A DNA stretch of 64,000 bases from an uncultured Pelagibacteraceae bacterium (GCA_902550055.1 CACCXU010000002.1:71770-135769), one strand, 5' to 3'. Counted from the first letter of the stretch, positions 53,958 through 64,000 are shown. Numbers and translations are program-made. Notes: a model not told the origin generated them from the letters alone.

Positions 53958-55753
53958 TGTAAATTTTTTTTACTTTTAAAAAGTTCACTCAATTGAGAAA
54001 TCATGACATCTCCTAATTCATTGACATCTGTAATCTTTATCGCTCGATTATAGTATCTTGATACATCATGACCTATTCCTATCGCTAAAATTTCTGTTTC
54101 AGTTTTTTCCTCTATAAATTTCACAATTTTTTTAAGATGTTTCTCGAGAAAATCACCTGAGTTCACTGATAAAGTTGAGTCATCAACTGGTGCACCATCA
54201 GAAATTACCATTAAAATTTTTCTCTCTTCTTTTCTTTTTTTTAATCTATTAAACGCCCATGAGATCGCCTCTCCATCAATATTCTCTTTCAATAATCCCT
54301 CTTTTAACATTAAACCAAGATTATTTTTACATTGTCGCCAATGTGTGTCAGCCCCTTTATAAATTATGTGTCTTAAGTCATTCAACCTTCCAGGTGTTTT
54401 TGGTTTGCCCTCTTTATTCCAAAACTCTCTACTTTTTCCACCTTTCCAATTTTTAGTTGTGAAACCTAATATTTCAACTTTAACAGAACATCTCTCCAAA
54501 GTTCTTGATAAAATATCAGCGCAAATCGCAGCAATTGTAATTGGACGTCCTCTCATAGATCCTGAATTGTCTATTAAAAGAGTAACGACAGTGTCTTTAA
54601 AATCTAAATCTTTTTCTTTTTTAAAAGATAATGAATTATAAGGGTCCATTATTATTCTTGGTAATTTTGAACTATCCAATAACCCTTCCTCTAAATCAAA
54701 CTCCCAGGCCCTATTTTGTTTTGCCAATAGTTGTCTTTGAAGTTTGTTAGCAAGTTTGGTAATGACATCTTGAAAACCTATTAATTGATGATCCAAAGTT
54801 TTCCTTAATTTTGAAGCTTCATCAGAATTTTCTAAATTTTCTGCCTTCGTAATTTCATCAAACTGGGTTGTGAAGATTTTATAGTCTGTATTTAAATCAT
54901 TAATTGATTTTTTTTGGATAACTTGTTCATTATTTTTTTGATCAGATTCACTATCAATTAGTTGCTCATCTAGTTTATATTCATCTATGTCATATTCAGT
55001 GTCTAAGCTCGCCTCAGTCTCCTCATTGTCATTTTCATCTCTAGTATCATCTGAATTATTGTCTTGGTCATCATTAGAAGGATTATTTTGACCATCATCT
55101 TGGTTTTCTTCTCTAGTTTCCTCATTATCCTCATTTTTAAAAATATCCATTTCTTGTAATATTTCTGAAAACTTTGAAGAATATTCATTTTGATATTCTA
55201 AGTTTTCTTTTAAAAATTCAATGTGCTTATTCATTACTTTATCGAAGTCTTTTTCCCAAAAATTTAACATATTATTGGTTAAGGGATTTAATTTGACGTT
55301 TAAAAATTTCTTTAACATATACAATTCAAAAGCTTCAACAACTGGAACATCTTCTTTTGAATTTAATTGGTCTTTTCTTTTTAATTGGATTATTTGATTA
55401 TAATTTTCTTTAAGATTTTTTTCTATTCCTTTCAACATTTTCGAGCCCAGGCACTCATATCTTACTTTTTCTGCAATAGAATAAAGAGACTTATATGAGG
55501 AATTTAAAGGTAAATTCTTTTTATAAATCTCATCATTTGAAAATTTTTTTTTTAAAGCAGCCGAGTCGGACTCTGCTCTAGCTTTAATGAAATCTCTTTT
55601 TGAGTTAAGATTTTCAATATCAACAAAATTCAAATCTTTATCGTTCTTTTCATCAATATTTTTAAGATGGATATCACCAGAAATCACTCTTGCTGTTGAA
55701 ATTAAAGCTTGCTTAAGTTTTTCTCTTAAGTTTTCAGCCTTATTATTTTTCAT
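53954..55753 (-). CDS. cobT: CobT-family vWA protein
   Basis: Acidic linker, [31 protein letters not shown] (MIDAS), [19 protein letters not shown]. Confidence 0.93.
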   Translation of the reverse strand: MKNNKAENLREKLKQALISTARVISGDIHLKNIDEKNDKDLNFVDIENLNSKRDFIKARAESDSAALKKKFSNDEIYKKNLPLNSSYKSLYSIAEKVRYECLGSKMLKGIEKNLKENYNQIIQLKRKDQLNSKEDVPVVEAFELYMLKKFLNVKLNPLTNNMLNFWEKDFDKVMNKHIEFLKENLEYQNEYSSKFSEILQEMDIFKNEDNEETREENQDDGQNNPSNDDQDNNSDDTRDENDNEETEASLDTEYDIDEYKLDEQLIDSESDQKNNEQVIQKKSINDLNTDYKIFTTQFDEITKAENLENSDEASKLRKTLDHQLIGFQDVITKLANKLQRQLLAKQNRAWEFDLEEGLLDSSKLPRIIMDPYNSLSFKKEKDLDFKDTVVTLLIDNSGSMRGRPITIAAICADILSRTLERCSVKVEILGFTTKNWKGGKSREFWNKEGKPKTPGRLNDLRHIIYKGADTHWRQCKNNLGLMLKEGLLKENIDGEAISWAFNRLKKRKEERKILMVISDGAPVDDSTLSVNSGDFLEKHLKKIVKFIEEKTETEILAIGIGHDVSRYYNRAIKITDVNELGDVMISQLSELFKSKKNLH

Positions 55754-56728
55754 TTAAATTTGAATATTTGCTAGTGACTCTGGTAGTTCTTCCCCGAAAC
55801 ATCTTTGATAGTATTCAGCAATTGTATTTTTTTCAATTTCATCACATTTATTTAAAAAAGTGACTCTAAATGCGTATCCTACATCTTTAAAAATTTCTGC
55901 ATTTTCAGCCCAATGTAATACAGTCCTTGGACTCATTACAGTACTTATATCACCGGCTATAAATCCTTTTCGAGTTAAGGATGCAACTTTTATCATATTT
56001 GAAACTTTCTCTTTTCCTTTGGGATTATTTAAAGATTTATTTTTAGCTAATATAATGTCCATTTCTTTATCTAGACTGAGGTAATTTAGTGTTGTTACAA
56101 TATTCCATCTATCCATTTGACCTTGATTGATTTGTTGTGTTCCATGATAAAGTCCAGTTGTATCCCCTAATCCAACTGTATTTGATGTAGCAAATAATCT
56201 AAAAAACTTATTTTGCTTTATTACCTTATTTTTGTCTAAGAGAGTAAAGTTACCCTCAGCTTCAAGAACTCTTTGAATGACAAACATTACATCAGGTCTT
56301 CCAGCGTCATACTCATCAAAAACTAAAGCAACTGGATTTTGAATTGACCATGGTAAAATACCTTCATTAAATTGTGTAACCTGTTTTCCTTCTTTAAGGA
56401 CGATTGCATCTTTACCAATCAGATCTATTCTACTAATATGGCTATCTAAGTTTACTCTTATACAAGGCCAATTTAATCTGGCAGCGATCTGTTCTATATG
56501 TGTAGATTTTCCTGTACCATGATATCCTTGTACTAGAACTCTTTTATTGTGTGCAAACCCGGACACAATTGCAAGTGTTGTATCTCTATCAAATTTATAA
56601 TTCTTATCTATTTCTGGAACATACTCACTTTTTTTTGAGAATGCGTCTACTTCCATTTCAGAGTCGATACCAAATGATTGTTTAAGTGAAATTTTAATAT
56701 CTGGTTGAATGTTAAGATTGGGTGTCAA
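55754..56728 (-). CDS. cobS: CobS-family AAA+ ATPase
   Basis: [49 protein letters not shown]. Confidence 0.95.
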   Translation of the reverse strand: MTPNLNIQPDIKISLKQSFGIDSEMEVDAFSKKSEYVPEIDKNYKFDRDTTLAIVSGFAHNKRVLVQGYHGTGKSTHIEQIAARLNWPCIRVNLDSHISRIDLIGKDAIVLKEGKQVTQFNEGILPWSIQNPVALVFDEYDAGRPDVMFVIQRVLEAEGNFTLLDKNKVIKQNKFFRLFATSNTVGLGDTTGLYHGTQQINQGQMDRWNIVTTLNYLSLDKEMDIILAKNKSLNNPKGKEKVSNMIKVASLTRKGFIAGDISTVMSPRTVLHWAENAEIFKDVGYAFRVTFLNKCDEIEKNTIAEYYQRCFGEELPESLANIQI

Positions 56729-57245
56729 TTTTTTTCCTATATGTATTCTTAAGTTGTGTATAAGCTAAAGTAATTAACTTCAGTTTTTCCTCATATTTTT
56801 TGTTGCCAGCATTCATATCAGGGTGAAATTTTTTGACAAGTGTTTTGAATTTTTCTTGAACTTTTTGCCATTTTAAACCCACTGAAATACCTAAAATACC
56901 AAAGGCTTTAATGTCCTTGTGATCAAATTTAAATTGACGCATATGATTGTATTCACTTTTGAATTTATCTTTATCCATTTCATCTTTTAAAGTTGTATTC
57001 CATAAAACTTTAAAGAAATTATCAGAGGAACTAAAACTTTGAGTAGGTTTATGCCAAATCATATCAGATTTTAAAAAATTAATTACTTGATCATCATCCA
57101 TACCAGAAAAATAATTCCAATTTTTATTAAATTCTTTGACGTGTTCTAAACACAACATTCTATATTTTTTACTATTATCTTTTTCAACTGGTGCTTTATA
57201 TTCACCAATTTCTTTACAATTATTCCAGTCGCAAATATTTTTCAT
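56712..57245 (-). CDS. J-domain protein with N-terminal Cys/His motif
   Basis: CDWNNC...G.YKAP...[18 protein letters not shown]; C-terminal J-domain with HPD. Confidence 0.9.
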   Translation of the reverse strand: MKNICDWNNCKEIGEYKAPVEKDNSKKYRMLCLEHVKEFNKNWNYFSGMDDDQVINFLKSDMIWHKPTQSFSSSDNFFKVLWNTTLKDEMDKDKFKSEYNHMRQFKFDHKDIKAFGILGISVGLKWQKVQEKFKTLVKKFHPDMNAGNKKYEEKLKLITLAYTQLKNTYRKKIDTQS

Positions 57246-57263
57246 GATAATATAATTATACTT

Positions 57264-57524
57264 ATGAATATAAATGATTTAATTGCAATCGTAAAAAAAA
57301 AATTACAAAGCCAAATTGTTTTAGAGAGCATATTAATAGAGGATAAATCTTTTCTTCATAAAAATCATACTGGGAATCAAGCAGGTAAATTTCATCTTAA
57401 AATTTCCTTAGTATCTAAAGAACTTAAGCAAATGAAAAGAATTGATAGTGATAAAAAAATTTATAAAATATTAAATGAAGAATTAGATAAATATATCCAC
57501 TCTCTTCAAATTCTAATTAGTTAG
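57264..57524 (+). CDS. BolA family protein
   Basis: IED.S..H..H.G...HLKI..VS..L....RI....IY.IL..EL...IHSL. Confidence 0.82.
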   Translation: MNINDLIAIVKKKLQSQIVLESILIEDKSFLHKNHTGNQAGKFHLKISLVSKELKQMKRIDSDKKIYKILNEELDKYIHSLQILIS

Positions 57525-58619
57525 CTCTTTTTTCAAAAATTCATGTAAATTTTTAACTGAATATTCTTGATTTAAAATTGCTTGACCCATTTTTTTTAAT
57601 AATACCAACTTTATTTTATTGGAATTATTTTTTTTATCCGTTTTCATAAATTTTATAATTTTATTAAGATCTTTTCTTTTGAAATATTTTTTAATATTCG
57701 AAGGTAATTTTGAATTTTTGTAATGATTTGTTATTAACTTATAATCATTAATGTTTAAAAATTTATTCCTAAGGCTAAATTTTAATGCCATCATCATTCC
57801 TAAAATAACAGCTTCACCGTGATTTAGTCTTTTAGAGTATCCTAATGAAGCTTCAAACGAGTGACCAAAAGTGTGCCCAAAATTTAATTTTTTTCTCAGA
57901 TTGCTCTCTTTTTCGTCTTTTTCAACTACATCTTTTTTTATTTTACAACTTTCAAATATCGCCTTTTCTATATAAGGAGATTTAAGTTTTATAATGTCAT
58001 CAAAATTCTGATCCAAATATTTAAAGAATTTTTTTTTAGAGATAATAGAGTGTTTTAAAATTTCACCATATCCACAAACAATTTCTCTTTTATTGAGTGT
58101 TTTTAAAGTATTTATATCACTTATGACTAATTTTGGTTGATAGAAGCTGCCAATGAGATTTTTTCCATACTTAGAATTTACCCCTGTTTTACCACCAATC
58201 GATGAGTCTACTTGAGCTAGAAGAGTTGTTGGAATATTTATAAAACACAATCCTCTTTTAAATAAACTTGCAGCAAAACCACCAACATCTCCAGTTATAC
58301 CTCCACCAATTGCTAATAAACTATCTTCTCGAGAAAAATTTTTATTAAGTAAAATTTCTAAAATTGAATTTATGGTAGTTTGGTTTTTATTTTTTTCGTT
58401 GGCGTTAAAATTGTATAAAAATACTTTTTTATTTCGCAGTTTTTTTTTTACTTCAGAAATAAAGTTTTTTGGAACATTTCTGTCGACTAATAATAAACAT
58501 TTTTTTGATTTAATGGAATTATTGACCATTAAACTTGATATTTTTGAAATGAGATTCTTTCCAATAAATATTGGATATTTTTCAGAATTAGTCTTGATTA
58601 TCAATTTAATTGGTTTCAT
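57513..58619 (-). CDS. aroB: 3-dehydroquinate synthase
   Basis: GGGITGD, PTTLLAQVDSSIGGKT, KNLIGSFYQP, LNFGHTFGH, HGEAV. Confidence 0.97.
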   Translation of the reverse strand: MKPIKLIIKTNSEKYPIFIGKNLISKISSLMVNNSIKSKKCLLLVDRNVPKNFISEVKKKLRNKKVFLYNFNANEKNKNQTTINSILEILLNKNFSREDSLLAIGGGITGDVGGFAASLFKRGLCFINIPTTLLAQVDSSIGGKTGVNSKYGKNLIGSFYQPKLVISDINTLKTLNKREIVCGYGEILKHSIISKKKFFKYLDQNFDDIIKLKSPYIEKAIFESCKIKKDVVEKDEKESNLRKKLNFGHTFGHSFEASLGYSKRLNHGEAVILGMMMALKFSLRNKFLNINDYKLITNHYKNSKLPSNIKKYFKRKDLNKIIKFMKTDKKNNSNKIKLVLLKKMGQAILNQEYSVKNLHEFLKKELTN

Positions 58620-59119
58620 AGAATATCAAAAATTTTATCTACAATTTCTTTTTTAGTTTTATCGTTACAATCAATTTCATTTTGTGCTTTTGCATAATAT
58701 TTATTACGACTTTTTATCATATTTTGTAAATCACTATTAGAGACATTATAAGCTAATGGTCTTTTAGCACTTTTTTTTATTCTTTGGATTAAAATATCAT
58801 CTTTGGTTTTAAGCCAAAAAGATATGTGGTTTTTTAAAACCTCATTTCTTATATTTTTATTTAAAAAAGCACCTCCGCCCAGAGAAACTACAATTCCTCT
58901 GTTTTTCATAAGTTCTAAAGTAATTTTTTCTTCATATTCTCTAAAAAATTTTTCACCTTTATTTTTGAATATTTTTGAAATTTTCATTTTAAGCTTTTTT
59001 TCTATGTAATGATCCACGTCATAAAAATCTAATTTCAGTTTTTTTGAAACTAAAAATCCGATAGATGTTTTACCAGATCCCATCATGCCTAAAAAAACAA
59101 TATTTCTATTAGATTTCAT
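58616..59119 (-). CDS. aroK: Shikimate kinase
   Basis: GMMGSGKT, GE..FR..E, SLGGG, RPL. Start set to ATG 59119. Confidence 0.95.
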   Translation of the reverse strand: MKSNRNIVFLGMMGSGKTSIGFLVSKKLKLDFYDVDHYIEKKLKMKISKIFKNKGEKFFREYEEKITLELMKNRGIVVSLGGGAFLNKNIRNEVLKNHISFWLKTKDDILIQRIKKSAKRPLAYNVSNSDLQNMIKSRNKYYAKAQNEIDCNDKTKKEIVDKIFDIL

Positions 59120-59176
59120 AACTTTCTTTATTGAAAAACCACAAATATGTCTTAATTTGAAATTAGTTAAAAGTAT

Positions 59177-59356
59177 ATGCAATTTATTAAAAAAACAAGT
59201 TCAAGCCGTAGTATTATAGGTATTGTAACTAAATTAGTTTTACTTTTACTTGTCTTTTTTTTAATAATTTTTTTACTGAATAAGATTGATTTTCCAGCTC
59301 CCAAAAAAGATATAGATAAAATTATTCCAAATGAAAATTTTAAAATTGTTAAATAA
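59177..59356 (+). CDS. 59-aa bitopic membrane protein
   Basis: Not in ORF track (just below 60 aa). MQFIKKTSSSRSIIGIVTKLVLLLLVFFLIIFLLNKIDFPAPKKDIDKIIPNENFKIVK: one TM helix; overlaps the next gene by 26 nt. Confidence 0.75.
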   Translation: MQFIKKTSSSRSIIGIVTKLVLLLLVFFLIIFLLNKIDFPAPKKDIDKIIPNENFKIVK

Positions 59357-61106
59357 AAAAAATTTTTTCATTTTATTTTTTTTATTTTTCACTTCCATTG
59401 TTAATGCTGATGAAAAACCAATTGATATTTGGAATATTGATAAAAAAGAAATTGAAGAAAATAAAATAACAAATAATTCAGAAATTTCAAATGGGGAAAA
59501 CATATTACAAGAAAATATTGAGCCGAGTATTTTTGGAATGCAAGATCAAAATCAAAAATCAATTATAAATCTTGACGAAAAGTTTGACTCAAAAGAAATC
59601 AAAATAATTGGATTATTTGACCCACAAAATTTTGATCTTAATGTAGATATGTGGTCTTACTCAGATGGCGATCAATTAAAAAATTTGTTAACAAAATTAA
59701 ATAAGATGGATTTATCTGATGATGCAATCGAAATTGTTAATACTTCACTATTAATCAATGCTCATAGTCCAAAAAAAAATATATCAGACAATGAATTTCT
59801 AAAATTAAAGTCAGATTGGCTAATAAAAAACTCAAACCTAGAATTAATCGAGGAATACTTAATCCAAAATCAAATAATTAATTTACACTCAGAACTCACA
59901 AAATATCTCGTAGATGAACATCTTTCCAATTCAGATATTGATAAAGCTTGCAGTATATTTTCAAAAAATAATGAATTAATCACAGATGAGTATTTATCTA
60001 AATTTAACATTTATTGTTTAATTAAAAATAATAAAAGAGAGGAAGCTCAATTAATTTTAGACTTAAAGAAAGAATTAGGTTTTAAGGATGAATATTTTGA
60101 AAAAAAAATAAATTATTTGCTAAAATATACAAAAAAAATAGATGAGACAGTGTCTGAAAAATCAATATTTGATTTTTATTTAGCTCATCAAACAAATCCT
60201 AATTTTAATTTCGAACCAAATGATAGAACCAAAAAGATAATTTGGAAATACCTTTCATCTGCAAATTTGCTAGGCTCGTTTAAACAAATTGACGTTTCTG
60301 AAATTGAAAAAATATTGACTATAGAAAAGGCTGTTCATGATAAAAATTATCCTGAAAAAGAATTATTTGATTTATATAAAAGATTTCAATTTGACTTTAA
60401 TCAACTTCTCAATGCTCAAAAAGAATATAAAAAACTCTCCAAATTAGAGGGAAGAGCCCTTGTTTATCAAAAAATCTTACTTGAGTCAGAAATGGTAGAA
60501 AAATTAAAGTTATTAAAAATATTAAAAAATTCTTTTAAAGAAGATGGATTAGATAATGCGTTTGATCTAGAACTTAAAATTTTTCTCGAGAAGATGAATC
60601 CTGTAGACATACCAGACAATTTAACCAGTTTTTATTATACAAATATTCAAATTGAAAAGGATGAAGATAAAAAAATTAAATTTAATAATGATATAATGCA
60701 TCAATCAAAATTAATTAATTATTTTAATGGTGATTATGCTAGTTCCAAAATTTCCAAAGACACAAATAATTTTTTAAAAAAAATAAAGAAAAATAAAAAA
60801 TATTTCCTATCTAAAAAAGATATCATTTTTTTAGAGTCATTGAGACATGACGGAATTAAAATTTCAGAAAAATATGATGATTTATATCAAATAGATGAAA
60901 ACGAAATCCCTACAGATATACAAATTATGATTAATAATAGGGAAACTGGCTTAGCACTTTTGCGAATAGCTGAATTGATTGGACAAGATGAAATTGAAAG
61001 AATAGATGAAGATACAATTTATTTTATAGTCACAGCTCTCAATAAGCTCAATATTGATTGGATGAGAAATAAGATATTACTTAAAGTTCTTCCTTTAAAA
61101 GTTTAA
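59331..61106 (+). CDS. Exported hypothetical protein, probably largely alpha-helical
   Basis: Signal peptide (KK, hydrophobic stretch, VNA cleavage-like site), PIDIW motif; no catalytic motif recognised. Confidence 0.8.
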   Translation: MKILKLLNKKNFFILFFLFFTSIVNADEKPIDIWNIDKKEIEENKITNNSEISNGENILQENIEPSIFGMQDQNQKSIINLDEKFDSKEIKIIGLFDPQNFDLNVDMWSYSDGDQLKNLLTKLNKMDLSDDAIEIVNTSLLINAHSPKKNISDNEFLKLKSDWLIKNSNLELIEEYLIQNQIINLHSELTKYLVDEHLSNSDIDKACSIFSKNNELITDEYLSKFNIYCLIKNNKREEAQLILDLKKELGFKDEYFEKKINYLLKYTKKIDETVSEKSIFDFYLAHQTNPNFNFEPNDRTKKIIWKYLSSANLLGSFKQIDVSEIEKILTIEKAVHDKNYPEKELFDLYKRFQFDFNQLLNAQKEYKKLSKLEGRALVYQKILLESEMVEKLKLLKILKNSFKEDGLDNAFDLELKIFLEKMNPVDIPDNLTSFYYTNIQIEKDEDKKIKFNNDIMHQSKLINYFNGDYASSKISKDTNNFLKKIKKNKKYFLSKKDIIFLESLRHDGIKISEKYDDLYQIDENEIPTDIQIMINNRETGLALLRIAELIGQDEIERIDEDTIYFIVTALNKLNIDWMRNKILLKVLPLKV

Positions 61107-61129
61107 AAATTAGTTTAATTATTTACTTT

Positions 61130-61651
61130 ATGCTTAGAGAAATTGTTACTGTTCCAGATGAAATATTAAAGAAAATTTCTGATCCAATTGAAAAAGTTGG
61201 AATTAATGAAAAAAAATTAATTGATGACTTATTTGAAACAATGTACCACTCCAAGGGAATAGGCCTTGCGGCAGTTCAAGTCGGTATACTCAAACGAGTT
61301 TTAGTTGTTGACGTTTCAAATAAAGATGAAAAAAATCAACCAATTGCATTAATCAATCCTTTTATAAAAAACTTAAGCGAAGAGACATCGGTGTATGAAG
61401 AGGGTTGTTTATCAATACCCGAAACTTTTATTGAAATTGAGAGGCCAAAAATTTGTGAAGTGGAATATATTGATGAAAAGGGAAAGAAGAAAAATCTTAA
61501 ATGTGATGGGCTTTTATCAACTTGCGTTCAACATGAAATTAATCATTTAGACGGCAAACTAATCATCGATCATTTATCAAAATTAAAGAAAGATTTTATT
61601 ATAAAAAAAATTTCAAAAATTAAAAAAAATCCAGACAGAATAGTAGTTTGA
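61130..61651 (+). CDS. def: Peptide deformylase
   Basis: GIGLAAVQ, EGCLS, QHEINHLDG. Confidence 0.97.
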   Translation: MLREIVTVPDEILKKISDPIEKVGINEKKLIDDLFETMYHSKGIGLAAVQVGILKRVLVVDVSNKDEKNQPIALINPFIKNLSEETSVYEEGCLSIPETFIEIERPKICEVEYIDEKGKKKNLKCDGLLSTCVQHEINHLDGKLIIDHLSKLKKDFIIKKISKIKKNPDRIVV

Positions 61652-61653
61652 AG

Positions 61654-62586
61654 ATGGCAAATAAGATTATCTTTATGGGTACACCGATATTTTGTGTTCC
61701 TATCTTAAAATCTCTATATCAAAATGGTTATAATATTGCTGAAGTCTATACACAACCACCGCAAAAATCTCATAGAGGACAAAAAATTAACAAAAGTCCA
61801 ATTCAGGGTATCTCTGAAACTTTAAATATAGATTATAGAACACCCAAGACACTTAAGGATAATCAGGAGGAGTATGAATTTTTAAAGGAGTTAAAAGCCG
61901 ATCTTGCAATAGTGTGTGCATATGGACAAATAATTCCTGAAAATTTTTTAAATTTAACCAAAAAAGGTTTTGTAAATATTCACGCTTCAATTCTTCCTAG
62001 TTGGCGAGGCGCAGCACCAATTCAGAGATCAATTATGAATTTAGATCCTGAAACTGGCATAAGTATTATGAAGATCAAAAAAGAATTGGACAGCGGACCA
62101 GTTAGTAATATTTATAAAATCAAAATAGATCAAAACCAAAATGCTCAAGAAATTTCAGAAAAACTATCCGCTTTAGCTGCTGAAAAAATTTTAGATAATG
62201 TGGATGATATACTTGAAGACAAGGCAAAGTTTATTGATCAAGATCATGCAAAAGCAACTTATGCAAAAAAAATTCAAAAAGAGGAGTCTCAAATTGATTG
62301 GAATGAGGATGCTCCTAAAATTATTGGAAAAATAAATGGATTATTTCCTTCTCCTGGAGCTTCCTTTAGTTTTAATGGTGAAAGATATAAAATTTTAAGG
62401 GCTGAAATAGGGAACGGCATAGGTCAAGTAGGAGAAATAATTTCAAATCAGTTAGAAGTGGCATGTAATAACAATCAATCTATCAAGATATTAGAAATTC
62501 AAAGACAAGGAAAAAGACCGCAAAAAATTAGCGAATTCATGTTGGGCTCTCAAATTAAAAAGGGCTCGAAGTTATTAAATGTTTAG
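61654..62586 (+). CDS. fmt: Methionyl-tRNA formyltransferase
   Basis: FMGTP, AYGQI, NIHASILP.WRGAAPIQR, LDSG. Start set to ATG 61654. Confidence 0.97.
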   Translation: MANKIIFMGTPIFCVPILKSLYQNGYNIAEVYTQPPQKSHRGQKINKSPIQGISETLNIDYRTPKTLKDNQEEYEFLKELKADLAIVCAYGQIIPENFLNLTKKGFVNIHASILPSWRGAAPIQRSIMNLDPETGISIMKIKKELDSGPVSNIYKIKIDQNQNAQEISEKLSALAAEKILDNVDDILEDKAKFIDQDHAKATYAKKIQKEESQIDWNEDAPKIIGKINGLFPSPGASFSFNGERYKILRAEIGNGIGQVGEIISNQLEVACNNNQSIKILEIQRQGKRPQKISEFMLGSQIKKGSKLLNV

Positions 62587-63319
62587 ATATCAGATATTAA
62601 TTGAATATGAGGGTACTAATTTCAGGGGGTGGCAAGTTCAAAAAAAAGGAAAAACTGTTCAGGGATTATTACAAGAGAAAATTTCAAAACTTTTAAAAGA
62701 AAAAATCATAATATATGGGGCTGGAAGATTAGATGTTGGTGTACATGCCAGAGAACAGTCAGCACACTTTGATTGTAAAAATAAGATTGTAAAATTTGAT
62801 AGATTTTTAAAATCAATTAATCATTTTTTAAATAAAGATGGAATAGCAATACTTAAAATTACAAAAAGAGGTAATAATTTTCATGCCAGATTTTCAGCTA
62901 AAATGAGAGTTTATAATTATGTGATTATTAATCGGATTAGTGGACCAGTTCTAGATAAAAATAGAGGCTGGCATATTATAAAAGATCTTGATTTAAAATT
63001 GATGAAAAGTGCTGCAAGAAAATTGATTGGTACTAACGATTTCAGTACTTTTAGAAAATCTAGTTGTAGGGCTAAAAGTCCAATAAAGACTATGAAGTCA
63101 ATAAAAATTAAATCTACAAAAAATAAGATTGAAATAGAATTCAGATCCAAATCTTTTTTACAACAACAAGTTCGGTCTATGGTTGGTTGTTTAAAATATG
63201 TTGGGGAAGAAAAATGGACGGTAAAAAAATTTGTAAATGTAATGCAGTCTAAAAAAAGAGAATTATGTGCACCACCCGCACCACCTCAAGGTCTCTATTT
63301 AACGAGAGTTATTTATTAA
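62579..63319 (+). CDS. truA: tRNA pseudouridine(38-40) synthase
   Basis: YEGTNFRGWQ, GR.D.GVHA, FHARFSA, DFSTFR, SFL..QVR.MVG, APPQGLYL; def-fmt-truA order. Confidence 0.96.
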   Translation: MFRYQILIEYEGTNFRGWQVQKKGKTVQGLLQEKISKLLKEKIIIYGAGRLDVGVHAREQSAHFDCKNKIVKFDRFLKSINHFLNKDGIAILKITKRGNNFHARFSAKMRVYNYVIINRISGPVLDKNRGWHIIKDLDLKLMKSAARKLIGTNDFSTFRKSSCRAKSPIKTMKSIKIKSTKNKIEIEFRSKSFLQQQVRSMVGCLKYVGEEKWTVKKFVNVMQSKKRELCAPPAPPQGLYLTRVIY

Positions 63320-63793
63320 TTTTTTTTTATTACTCATCGCAAATTTTTTACTTATTCGCCATCTACTTTCCTCACGAATTATATAACCGCAACAATTTTT
63401 TGATTTACATTTACAAGGAAATTGCTTGTAATCTTCTTGATCAAAACTAAAACCATAATCACAAGTGATCTCTTCGCCCTTCTTAATATCTCTATCAGCT
63501 GTTATCCAAATTTTTAAACCCTTACCATCATACCTGGCGTTAGCATTGCAACTATGATTAACTAATCCAGCAACGTTAAATGAAAAATCCCCATCCAAAG
63601 TAAATCTTTTATTTAAAGTAAATAAGTAAATAGGTTTTTTATTGTCGTATTTATCAGACTCTTCAACTTCTTTATTTGTAATTATTTTTCCTAAGTAATT
63701 AATAATTTTTGTACCCTCTTTAATATCTTTAGTAGCATAAAGTCCACGACCTTTATTATCAATTTTTGATTTTCTTATTTTGTATAGTTTCAT
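63299..63793 (-). CDS. SET domain lysine methyltransferase with post-SET zinc cluster
   Basis: GRGLYA, YLG, NHSCNAN, GEEITCDYG, post-SET CKCKSKNC. Confidence 0.93.
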   Translation of the reverse strand: MKLYKIRKSKIDNKGRGLYATKDIKEGTKIINYLGKIITNKEVEESDKYDNKKPIYLFTLNKRFTLDGDFSFNVAGLVNHSCNANARYDGKGLKIWITADRDIKKGEEITCDYGFSFDQEDYKQFPCKCKSKNCCGYIIREESRWRISKKFAMSNKKKLINNSR

Positions 63794-63823
63794 GAAGGTG
63801 ATTTATGATGAGTTAGATATTTA

Positions 63824-64000
63824 TCAATTGAATTCTACCAATGCATTAACATGTTCATTAGCGCTTTCTGCTAATGCATTTAAATCATATCCACCCTCAA
63901 GTATAGAAACAACTTTACCCGCGGTAAACTTATTGGTAGCTGTTAATGTTCTTTTAGTAATCTCATAAAAATCTTTTGAACTCAGTTGGAATTGAGCTAA
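63824..64000 (-). CDS. Histone deacetylase family (Zn-dependent) protein, 3' end only
   Basis: Not in ORF track. Hand translation LAQFQLSSKDFYEITKRTLTATNKFTAGKVVSILEGGYDLNALAESANEHVNALVEFN*; LEGGY with catalytic Tyr is the HDAC-family C-terminal motif. Confidence 0.88.
   Translation of the reverse strand, partial: LAQFQLSSKDFYEITKRTLTATNKFTAGKVVSILEGGYDLNALAESANEHVNALVEFN

Noticed and set aside
53954-56728. Evidence for cobalamin biosynthesis
   Set aside because: cobS/cobT alone are insufficient; no cobN or other pathway gene in the window

Overview
A very AT-rich, densely packed alphaproteobacterial chromosome segment. Gene content, gene order and the many 1-4 nt gene overlaps point to a SAR11/Pelagibacterales-type streamlined genome (inference, no database search). 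Most of it is core housekeeping: moeB-like/dut/coaBC/ubiB/ubiE, mutM, rpsT, dnaA-dnaN, plsC, lysA, argH, coq7, dsbB, fadD, carD/fdxA/Suv3-like helicase, thiolase, aceEF, gltDB, thrS-infC-rpmI-rplT-pheST-lepA, gyrB, regB, cobST, aroKB, def-fmt-truA, plus three tRNAs (Leu-CAA, Arg-ACG, Ser-GGA). There is one small accessory islet (46.0-50.4 kb) with nucleotide-sugar enzymes, including a C-methyltransferase, and a GT17 glycosyltransferase. Hand translation found five small ORFs and two window-truncated genes missing from the ORF track. The most striking is a self-contained transcription unit at 17.1-17.35 kb encoding a 25-aa protamine/H1-like peptide (MPKRRKKAKKAKKKAKKKAKKRRRR). It converges on a CarD that carries a ~95-aa Lys-rich N-terminal tail. 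At the window end a histone-deacetylase-family gene lies directly upstream of a SET/post-SET lysine methyltransferase. Together these suggest, as a hypothesis only, a chromatin-like lysine-modification system. No CRISPR array, rRNA, transposase or integrase was seen.
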